Assembly (NCBI GenBank): GCA_963824175.1
Contig: CAWGOD010000005.1
Coordinates: 138,909 to 170,908, forward strand
Direction: 5' to 3'
Source of the DNA: an uncultured Chloroflexia bacterium
GTDB taxonomy: Bacteria; Chloroflexota; Anaerolineae; Anaerolineales; UBA11858
Length of the DNA: 32,000 nt
This document shows, piece after piece, positions 9,421 to 18,014 of this stretch (within the stretch, counting starts at the first letter, position 1; every line of letters starts with the position of its first letter). The notes under the pieces were generated by a model, which was not told the DNA's origin, ran no database searches, and worked only from the letters and a program-made list of their open reading frames with translations. The translations under genes and the position numbers were made by a program.

Positions 9421-9518
9421 AAAACGACAAATCACCATCAGAAGTTTGCCTGAAACGTATAAGGATTGAATCAACAAGGCTTTAAAATCAATTCGCAGTG
9501 ATATCAAACCTGTGATAA

Positions 9519-11273
9519 ATGGAGAAAATAATGCACCAAAGAAGGTTTTTACGGAATCTATGGTCGGACTATAGCTGGTTCATTATCATACTCCTTGGAA
9601 CACTCGCTTTAGTTCTTGGATATATTGGTTTCTGGAAAAATAGCCTGGTCCTTGAAGAAGGACGAACCTTCCTGGATAATCTTTACCTCACATTGGGATT
9701 AATTTCTTTGAACTCTGGTGCCGTGCCCCCGCCTATAGGTTGGGAGCTGCAGTTAGCCCGGTTTTTAGTACCGGCGGTCACCGCCTATACGGCTTTCCTG
9801 GCATTTACATCGGTTTTTATTCAGCAAACTGATCGGGTCCGGCTCTGGTTCATCCAGGACCATATCATCATCTGCGGCCTGGGTCGAAAAGGATTCCGCC
9901 TGGCAAACCAGTTCCTCCAGAGTGGCACGCCTGTAGTTGTCATTGAATTAGATGAAGGAAATGATTGGATTGGAAATATCCGTTCTGCAGGTGCGATTGT
10001 AATGAACGGTGATGCTTCAGATCCCGAGCTTCTGAAAAAAGTTAAACTCAACCAGGCCAGCTGCCTGATCTCGGTCGCTGGCGATGATGGCAAAAATGCC
10101 GAGGTTGCCGTAAATGCAGAAAGGATTTCACAGACTCGAAAAGACAGTTGTCTGACCTGCATCATTCATATCTTTGATGCCCATCTGTGGCGCTTGCTGC
10201 GGGAAAAAGAAATCCAGGTCAATAAAAGTCCACGTTTCCGACTGGAAATGTTCAATATCTTTGATCGTGGAGCCCACCTTATGGTGCAGAGCAATCCACC
10301 CAGGACTGATCAAGGCCCCGACCGGCCGCCCCATTTGCTGGTTGTAGGATTAGGAAAGATGGGCCAGCAGGTAGTCCTGGAAGCTGCCCGGAGCTGGCAG
10401 TTACTGGATTCAGTTTCGGACCGGAAAATAAATTTCACGCTGATTGATATAGACGCAAAAAAGAAAATGGACGCCCTGATGATCCAGCATCCCCGTCTGG
10501 AAAAACTGGGTATATTTGACCCCCTGGATATGGATATCTCAGCGGGTGATTTTGACAGGGTAGCAGAACGATTTATAGATGACAGCCGCTGCCAGCTGGA
10601 CCAGGTTTATATCTGCCTGGATAATGAAACATTCTGTTTGCAAACCGGGCTCAGGCTCAATAATCAGCTCCGGAATTATCAGATTCCAATTGTGATGCGT
10701 ATGGTCGAAAGCGGCGGTCTGGCCTTACTGATTGGTAATAAACAGGCTGATTGGGACAGTTTTGGCAATCTGCAAATTTTTGACCTGCTGGATCAGACCT
10801 GCACAGCGGAGCTGCTCCAGCGCGGCACTCATGAAGTCCTGGCACGCAATCTACACTCGGTGTATCTGGAAAACAGCAGTAGTGGTGACGGAGATGATGC
10901 CCTGGTACCCTGGGAGGAGCTGTCGGATTATCTGAAAGAAAAAAACCGCCAGCAAGCAGATCGGATCCCACTCATGTTGACTGCCGCTGGATATCGGATC
11001 GCTCCCCTGCAAGATTGGGATGCAGAAGATCTGACCTTTGATGAAAAGGAAGAAGTATCCAAGATGGCTCGAATGGAACATGAACATTGGTGCCAGGAGA
11101 AAAAAGAGGAAGGCTGGACTTACGGGGCCGAGAAGGATTCTGTAAAAAAGACCAATCCATGCCTGGTTCCTTGGATAGAATTGCCTGAGGTTGAAAAGGA
11201 TAAAAACAAAAAATTCGTCACGGGTCTTCCGCGCTTGCTGGTGCGAGCTGGATTTCAGATCGAAGAACAATAA
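9519..11273 (+). CDS. gene B: membrane protein with channel-like N-terminus, two TrkA-N/RCK NAD-binding domains and tandem RyR repeats
   Basis: Intact 584-aa ORF; ATG 9531, preceded by GGAG, is an alternative start. It has hydrophobic helices (WFIIILLGTLALVLGYIGFW and ARFLVPAVTAYTAFLAFTSVF) and two GxGxxG Rossmann motifs (IIICGLGRKGFRLA and LLVVGLGKMGQQV). The C-terminus reads LARNLHSVYLEN...LKEKNRQQADRIPLMLTAAGYRIAP followed by MARMEHEHWCQEKKEEGWTYGAEKDSVKKTNPCLVPWIELPEVEKDKN. Confidence 0.8.
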   Translation: MEKIMHQRRFLRNLWSDYSWFIIILLGTLALVLGYIGFWKNSLVLEEGRTFLDNLYLTLGLISLNSGAVPPPIGWELQLARFLVPAVTAYTAFLAFTSVFIQQTDRVRLWFIQDHIIICGLGRKGFRLANQFLQSGTPVVVIELDEGNDWIGNIRSAGAIVMNGDASDPELLKKVKLNQASCLISVAGDDGKNAEVAVNAERISQTRKDSCLTCIIHIFDAHLWRLLREKEIQVNKSPRFRLEMFNIFDRGAHLMVQSNPPRTDQGPDRPPHLLVVGLGKMGQQVVLEAARSWQLLDSVSDRKINFTLIDIDAKKKMDALMIQHPRLEKLGIFDPLDMDISAGDFDRVAERFIDDSRCQLDQVYICLDNETFCLQTGLRLNNQLRNYQIPIVMRMVESGGLALLIGNKQADWDSFGNLQIFDLLDQTCTAELLQRGTHEVLARNLHSVYLENSSSGDGDDALVPWEELSDYLKEKNRQQADRIPLMLTAAGYRIAPLQDWDAEDLTFDEKEEVSKMARMEHEHWCQEKKEEGWTYGAEKDSVKKTNPCLVPWIELPEVEKDKNKKFVTGLPRLLVRAGFQIEEQ

Positions 11274-11369
11274 CTATAAACAAGAATATATACAAGAAAC
11301 TGAGTTCGAACAGGTTATTATGGCTGGTTAACACACTTTGGGGTTATGGTTCCCGGGAGGAAAACACTC

Positions 11370-12531
11370 ATGGCTCACGATGCTTTCATCAGCCATTCAT
11401 CTAAGGATAAAACCATTGCCGATGCTGTCTGCGGCACTTTGGAGGGAAAGAATATCCGCTGCTGGATCGCACCCAGGGATGTACCTCCGGGCACCCATTA
11501 CGGTGCTGCGCTTGATAAAGCCATTGAAAATAGTAAGATTTTCGTCCTGCTGATTTCTAAAGGTTCCAATAACTCTGACCAGGTGATCCGCGAATTGGAG
11601 ATAGCTGCCGATAATGGGATCCCTATCATCCCCATTCGCATAGAAGACATCGAACCCACGGATGCCATGCGTTATTATGTCAAATCGCTCCATTGGCTGG
11701 ACGCCCTGACACCGCCTCTGGAACGGCATCTTGAGAAAATAACTGCTTCTGTTCAAGCCTTATTATCCATTGAAGCTGATGAAACAATCTCGCCTGCAGT
11801 CGAGACTATCACCGAAACACTTCCGAAAAAACGCTCGCCATTGCCTTTATGGGCATCAATCCTAATTGGCCTGGCAGCCCTGGTAATCGTGGCTGGTGGT
11901 GCCTGGTTTTTCATTAACCAGTCAAGGTTGGAAGCAGAACCAGAATCAGCGATAGAGATGGATTGGCAGCCAGTATCTTTTATATTCCCGAATCCCCAAA
12001 TATTGGGATCTGACGGTTGACAACCAATTTACCGCGCTTGATCAGCGCGATTCCGATGTGTATGCCTGGTCTACTGAAAGTTATCAAGGCGATCTGACAG
12101 TAAACCTGGAGCTAAGAAGCTCGGTGGAGGCACTTGACCTCAGTTGGGAGGATATGCAAAAGCAGATTCCAAACCAGAATTCAGGCTGCCTGATCCTCTA
12201 TGGAGACGGCACGATGGAATCCCATGGGAGCCTGGTTTTTTGTGTAGACTGGGATGGATATTATATAGATACACATTACCGGACATACGATGATGAAATC
12301 TTGACCTTCGTCCCGCATGATAACCCTTCTGAAACAATCTATGCAGTAACGGTCGAAGTGATCGATGATATGGCCAGTATGTATGTGAATGGGGAAAAAG
12401 TGTTGTCAACCTTTTTCGATCAGGAGGAGATCAACCCCAGCGGAAGGATCGGCTTATTTAAGTCCTGGATAGAAGGGGAAATCACTTTTTCGAATATTCA
12501 GGTTAAAACGTCTTCCGGGATCGGAGATTAG
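11370..12531 (+). CDS. gene C: TIR domain - single TM helix - concanavalin/LamG-like (DUF1080-like) domain; one frameshift near 11995
   Basis: The likely start is ATG 11370, preceded by GGGAGG (the track lists 11346). TIR motifs are DAFISHSSKDK, IRCWIAPRDVPPG, KIFVLLIS and QVIRELEIA. The TM segment is LPLWASILIGLAALVIVAGGAWFFI. The frame ends at TGA 12018-12020. The +1 frame is open from about 11960 (..IPKYWDLTVDNQFTALDQRDSDVYAWSTESYQGDLTVNLELR...GRIGLFKSWIEGEITFSNIQVK) and runs into ORF 12058-12531. The switch lies in the CCCCAAA run at 11994-12000. Confidence 0.8.
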
Positions 12532-12648
12532 CCAGTTCCTGAATACAGATCGGACAAGGGCAGATCCACACGCTTCCCCTGAATAATAATTATACCCAGC
12601 GCCTGGCCCGGGGTATAATGACGCCACAATCTCAAACCTGGAGTACCT

Positions 12649-13539
12649 ATGGAAAATTTAAAATCCCTTCTTCAATCTGGAAAACCCATCCTGCTGGACG
12701 GCGCGATGGGCACAATGTTATTTGCTGCTGGGCTGAATTCAGGTGATTCACCTGAAGAATGGAATGTCCTCCATCCCGACAAAGTGCGGGCAATCCACCG
12801 CGCTTATATCGAAGCCGGATCGCAGATCATCCTGACCAATACATTTGGTGGATCTTCGGTTCGCCTGGAAAGCCACGGATTGGCTGATCGTGTATTTGAG
12901 CTGAATGAAGCTGCCGCAAAAAATGCCCGGGCGGAAGCTGACTCAGCCGGACGACTTGTAATTGTTGCTGGTTCAATAGGTCCTTCCGGGCAGATCTTAG
13001 CACCGCTGGGAACTTTGAGCCTTGAAGACGCTCGCCAATCCTTCGCTGATCAAGCCTCCGGTCAGGCAGCGGGTGGTGTGGATCTGTTCTGGATTGAAAC
13101 TATGAGCGATCTGGAAGAGGTCAAAGCAGCCATTGCTGGGATTCGGTCAGTCAGCGATCTGCCCATCTCGGCGACCATGTCCTTTGATACCCACGGCCAT
13201 ACCATGATGGGAATCAGCCCATCTCGGGCTGCCGAAGAACTCAGCCAGTTAGGTCTGGCTGCCCTTGGCGCCAACTGCGGAACGGGTTCAAATGAACTGA
13301 TTGAAGCCATCCGTGCCATGAAAGAGGCAGCACCTGATTTAGTCCTGATCGCCAAAGCCAACGCTGGTATACCCCAGCTTATGGAGGATGGCGAAGTAGT
13401 GTATAACGGCTCTCCGGATGTGATGGGTAAGTATGCCAAAGAAGTTTTCCAGACTGGCGCCCGGTTGATCGGTGGCTGCTGCGGAAATACGCCTGCTCAC
13501 ATTGCGGAGATGGCAAAAGCCCTGGTAGAATTTTCCTAA
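12649..13539 (+). CDS. stand-alone homocysteine S-methyltransferase-domain protein (MetH N-terminal module / BHMT-like)
   Basis: Intact 296-aa ORF: ILLDGAMGT, ILTNTFG, and the zinc-ligand cysteines in LGANCGTGS and IGGCCGNTP. Confidence 0.85.
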   Translation: MENLKSLLQSGKPILLDGAMGTMLFAAGLNSGDSPEEWNVLHPDKVRAIHRAYIEAGSQIILTNTFGGSSVRLESHGLADRVFELNEAAAKNARAEADSAGRLVIVAGSIGPSGQILAPLGTLSLEDARQSFADQASGQAAGGVDLFWIETMSDLEEVKAAIAGIRSVSDLPISATMSFDTHGHTMMGISPSRAAEELSQLGLAALGANCGTGSNELIEAIRAMKEAAPDLVLIAKANAGIPQLMEDGEVVYNGSPDVMGKYAKEVFQTGARLIGGCCGNTPAHIAEMAKALVEFS

Positions 13540-13570
13540 TATTGAGCTAAAACTCCTGCTCAATATTAGG
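13535..13570. terminator. perfect 13-bp hairpin overlapping the stop codon of the homocysteine methyltransferase gene
   Basis: CCTAATATTGAGC-10 nt-GCTCAATATTAGG. There is no U-tract, so it is either a factor-dependent terminator or an RNA-stability element. Confidence 0.35.
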
Positions 13571-14070
13571 AAAACTGCTGTTGGAAATCATAAAGTCTTC
13601 CGGTCTTGTCCCCCGTCCGCAGCAGTCAACCACCGTGAAGGATAAACTTCCTGCGCAAGAAACAGAGCTTGAAAATTGGTTAAATTTGGACCCAATAGAA
13701 CAAATTATCCCAAATTCCGGATTTAGACGTTAGAAATATGAGTGAAATTAATCCGAGAAGTGACACTTGTCACAGGTAAGCTAAAGAATTCCTCCCTATA
13801 ATAATCTACATTACAAGAAGAAGCCCTATTTCAAGATATATCGGTTAAATAGCTAGTCGCCAGGATAGGTACCCAGTCTTATGACAAATTGTTACCCTCA
13901 TGATATATCACGAATATATCAGAGGGAGACAACCAGAGACAATGGTTTGGGGCCATTTATTCATTATCCAATCTGAAAAAAAAATTAAGGAGGTGCAAGT
14001 CGTAAGAATTCAAATACCAAACAATCTCTAACCCAGTATTTTCAAGCAAACCTTTAAGGAGGATTTCTTT

Positions 14071-15349
14071 ATGAAGTTCAAACAATCAAAAGTATTTATC
14101 ATAGTGGCTGTATTGATCGCGCTGTCACTCGTGATTAGCAGCCTGCCAGGCTCCTGAGCCCGAAGCTGAACAGGTCTTCAAAGTCGGCTTCTTGGGCCCA
14201 TACAGTGGTCCCAGTGCTCAGACCGGCAAACAGTTCAAGGGCGGCGCCACAATTGCTCTAGAAGAAGTTGACTACAGGATCGGCAACTACACCATTGAAC
14301 CAGTCTGGGTTGACTCCCAGTCTGACCCCGCCAAAGCCTCCCAGGCTTATGAGCAGGCCGTGGTGCAGGACGGCATCCAGGCCGGCGCCCTCAACTGGCA
14401 CAGTTCAGTTGCTGTGGCTGTCATGGAAGTGACTGCCAAACACCAGATCCCGCACATCTTTGGTTTCGGCGCTACCGAGAAGGTGAATGAGACCTTTGCA
14501 CTCCGACCCCGAGAAATACGGCTACTGGTCCACCAAAGGCTGGCCCACCCCCGCTAAACTTGGCAACAAGTATATTGATGCCCTGGAATACTACATTGAA
14601 CAGGGTGTTTATGCTCCTGAAGCCAAAACCGTTGCTATCTACGGTGAGGACACCGACTGGGGCCGCAGCTTTGCCGCTGGCGTGATCGATCTCTTTGAAG
14701 CTGCTGGCTGGGAGATCGTCTCGGAAGAGTATTTCCCCCTCGAGCAGACCGAATACACCGCCTACCTGAACCAGGTGAAAGACTCTGGCTCCGGCAGTTC
14801 TGGCTGGCACCAGCACCTCCCCTCCCCAGATTACCTCCCTGATCAAACAGGCTGATGAAATCGGCCTGGAAAGCCTGATCATCGCTGACGGTCTGGGCTG
14901 GGTGGACTTCTGCGGCCTGACCGGCTCCTCCGCGACCGGGGTCATGGACCAGATCGCAGGCTGGTCTGGCGATGCAGGTTTTGCCTTCGCTGAAGAATTT
15001 GAATAGCGCTACAACCTCATCCCCAGCACCTCCTCCGCTGGGCTGGCCCATGACGGCACCAAGATGCTGCTGGAAATCATGCAGGCTGTTTACGATGAGA
15101 CATGGTGAGATTACCAGTGAACTCATCCAGCAGTTTGTGGAAGAGAATGTCTGGACTGGTGAATGGACCATGACTGACGGTATCGTGATGGTGGAATACA
15201 AGTACACCGAGGAAACCACACCTGATCCCGTGGTTGGCCCTGGCTTCTACACCTTCCCCGTGCTGCAGTATGAGTACGTTGACGGCAAATGCCTCGGCAA
15301 ACCAATTTATCCGGTTGAAGGTGCAGTACAGGACCTGATGGTTCCCTAA
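14071..15349 (+). pseudogene. Liv/HAAT-type ABC substrate-binding (lipo)protein, disrupted
   Basis: AAGGAGG lies 8 nt before ATG 14071. The signal peptide is MKFKQSKVFIIVAVLIALSLVISS. The body (VFKVGFLGPYSGPSAQTGKQF...DPEKYGYWSTKGWPTPAKLGNKY...IIADGLGWVDF...AGLAHDGTKMLLEIMQAV...) is spread over frames 1>2>0>1>2. That is four frameshifts, plus an in-frame TAG at 15004-15006. Confidence 0.8.
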
Positions 15350-15373
15350 AGGGTGATCCAACCCGGATGAATA

Positions 15374-15409
15374 ACAAGGGGTGGTGCGGTTTTACCCGCC
15401 ACCCCTTGT
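15374..15409 (+). promoter_or_regulatory. intercistronic GC-rich stem-loop after the binding-protein gene
   Basis: ACAAGGGGTGG(TG)CGG-loop-CCGCCACCCCTTGT. This is the usual position for an mRNA-stabilising or partial-terminator hairpin in ABC importer operons. Confidence 0.5.
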
Positions 15410-15427
15410 GTTAGAGAGGAAAGAAAC

Positions 15428-16180
15428 ATGATATTAGACACAAAAGAGGTGACCAAAAGATTTGGTGGGCTTACCGCTGTCAACCAGGTATCCATGCAAA
15501 TCGAAGAGGGAGAAATCTTCGGTTTGATTGGCCCCAATGGAGCGGGTAAGACCACCTTTTTGAATTCGATCGCCGGCAAATTCCCCCCACCAGTGGGAAA
15601 GTAATCTTCCAGGGAGAGGAAACCACCGGACTACCGGCGGAAGCGATGTGCAAACGGGGACTGGCCAGGACGTTCCAGATTCCACGTCCTTTTCCGAAAT
15701 TGACAGTCCTCGAAAACGTCAAAGTTGGCGCTGTTTTTGGTCCCTCTGCACACGGATTGAAATCCGCTGAGATCCGGGCTCGTGAAGCCCTGGAATTTGT
15801 GGAGTTCAATCTGCCAATTGACACACCGGCCTCGCAGTTAAATGCCGTGCAGCTAAAACGAATTGACCTGGCTCGAGCCATATCCTGCCAACCGAAATTA
15901 TTATTACTGGATGAGCTTGCTTCCGGATTAACCCCAGGCGAGCTGGATTCCATGATGGCCCTCATCAAGCGCATCCGTGATGATGGTGTGACTATCATTG
16001 CCATTGAACATATCATGCGCGTGATTAAAGGGATCTGTGATGAGGTGATGGTGATCGAATACGGCATAGACCATCGCCGAGGGCACTCCAGATGAAGTGC
16101 TCAACAATCCCAGAGTCATTGAAGCGTATTTAGGAGAGAAGTTATCAGGAGAAGAGGAGGCCCCCAATGCTGGAGCTTAA
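15428..16180 (+). CDS. ABC transporter ATP-binding protein (LivG-like), two frameshifts as written
   Basis: Walker [11 protein letters not shown]-loop, signature-like [14 protein letters not shown], Walker B LLLLDE, H-loop IIAIEH, C-terminus PRVIEAYLG. The frames run 2>1>2, with breaks near 15595 and 16065. Confidence 0.8.
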
Positions 16181-16875
16181 GAACCTGGACTCCGGGTACG
16201 ATTTTCTTCAGGTACTGTGGGGAGTTTCCTTCACTGTTGAGAAAGGAGAATTCATTGCCCTGATCGGACCAAACGGCGCTGGAAAGTCCACTACATTGCG
16301 CACTATTGCTGGGCTGTTAAAACCCAAGGGCGGGGATATTCTGTTTAATGGGGAATCCATCAATAAACAAGCGCCCTCACATGATCAGTCGGATGGGAAT
16401 CAGCTATGTTTCGGAAGCCCTTGAATCTATTTACTGATATGTCTGTCCAGGAAAACCTGCTGCTGGGTGCTTATGCGGTAAAAGAGAAAGAAACCCAGCT
16501 GGAAACCCTGGATTATATTTTTGAGCTTTTTCCCCGCCTGGAAGAGAGAAAAGATCAGCTAGCAGGCACGATGAGTGGGGGCGAACGGAAAATGCTGGCG
16601 ATTGCCAGGGGTATGATGTCCAATCCCACCCTGATGCTTGTAGATGAGCCTTCCCTGGGACTGCAGCCCAACTTGACCTATGATGTTTTTGATGCTTTGC
16701 TGAAATTGCGTCAAACAGGGTGTGACCATTCTGCTCGTGGAACAGAATGTGAATGCCACCCTCGACTATCACCGATCGAGCTTATATTCTTGAACAAGGC
16801 AAGATCGTTATGAGCGGACCAAGCCATGAAATGAAAGCCAACGAACATGTCCGGAATGCTTATCTGGGCATCTGA
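16167..16875 (+). pseudogene. ABC transporter ATP-binding protein (LivF-like), disrupted
   Basis: Walker [10 protein letters not shown], signature MSGGERKMLAIARG, Walker B LMLVDEPSLGL, then VTILLVEQN and AYLGI*. There are three frameshifts, near 16385, 16725 and 16770. The ATG overlaps the end of the previous gene by 14 nt. Confidence 0.8.
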
Positions 16876-16937
16876 GCGGCTGAATTAATCTAGTACTGCT
16901 GAGTCAATACTGCAGTACAGTCTAAGGAGAAAAGTAT

Positions 16938-17995
16938 ATGGCAAAAGAAACTTCTGCGGCACCTATGACCACAGGAAATTTCCTGACCTGGCTCAAAGAT
17001 AATTTGCCCGTTGTGGTAGTGTCAATTTTTTCGATTGTTCTCTTTATCCTGGTCGGCTTTGAAGGCGGCGCACCCCAATTATTTAACGTGCTCGTAACTG
17101 GGGGTATGTGGGCTTTGCTGGCAACCGGCCTGGCGCTGGTCTTCGGCGTGATGAATATCCCCCACTTCGCGCACGGGGAATCATTCATGGTGGGGGCATA
17201 TGTAGCCTATTTTCGCATTTACCCCACTGAATAAAATTTTCCTGGCCACGCGGCAGCAAATTCCTGATCTATTCGGGACCAATTCTGGCGATCATCGCTG
17301 CCTGGCCTGGCTGGATGTGTGTTGGGCATCATCATTGAAAAGATTATATTTGCCCCCTTGCGCCATCGCACCAAGGAAGGCTGGGTCATGAATGCCTTCC
17401 TGCTGACGGTTGGTCTGTCTTTCATCCTCGATCAACGGCACTACCCTGACCCTGGGTCCAAACTTCCGGGGCATCCCCCGCTACTATGATGTCCCATCCC
17501 TGGAGATAATGGGTGCCTTTATCGCTGTGGACCGCATTGTCGCCAGCTGCGATTGCTCTGGTTACAATTGGCTTACTGTGGTTTTTCCTGCGACAGACCA
17601 AGACCGGACGTGCTATCCGGGCAGTCTCCCAGGACGAAACCGGCGCCCAGCTGGTTGGCATTAACCTGGACTTCATCCAAACTCTGACCTTTTCCCTGGC
17701 CACCGGCACTGCCGCGATCTCAGGTGCCTCGCTTTTATTCATGTTCCAGGCTTATCCCACCGTGGGTCTTACTCCGCTATATTTTGCCTGGTACGTGGTC
17801 ATGCTGGTAGGCTTGGGTAATATCGCCGGAGCCATTGTGGGCGGATTTATCGTCGCCCTGCTACAGTCCGCCACCCAGCTATTTATCGGACTCTCCTGGC
17901 AGTCGGTTGTTCCGACCGCCATCATGATCCTGGTGCTGATCCTGGCTCCTTCCGGTATATTCGGCAGTGAAGTCAAAGGCGTTCAGGAACAATAA
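16938..17995 (+). pseudogene. branched-chain-type ABC permease (LivH-like), disrupted
   Basis: The hydrophobic LivH-like sequence ([27 protein letters not shown]...RAIRAVSQDETGAQLVGINL...) is spread over at least five frame segments. The last and longest piece is ORF 17513-17995. Confidence 0.75.
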
Positions 17996-18014
17996 ACGAG
18001 GAGATATAAAACTA

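Noticed and set aside
12590-12618. Possible attR-like copy of the rnpB 3' end (CTGGCCCGGGG here, against CTGGCCTGGGG at 7333-7343), which would bracket genes A-C as an island.
   Set aside because: Only about 11 nt match, with a mismatch, and no integrase is present. The segment is better explained as a local hairpin (TTATACCC/GGGTATAA) overlapping a TATAAT -10 box (12614-12619) for the downstream gene.
13571-14070. Cobalamin riboswitch or T-box in the long leader of the ABC/corrinoid island. I also considered a T-box upstream of argS at 6218-6436.
   Set aside because: I could not find a B12-box-like core (GCCACTG context) or the T-box consensus (..GGGTGGTACCGCG..). Without a covariance-model scan this is absence of evidence only.
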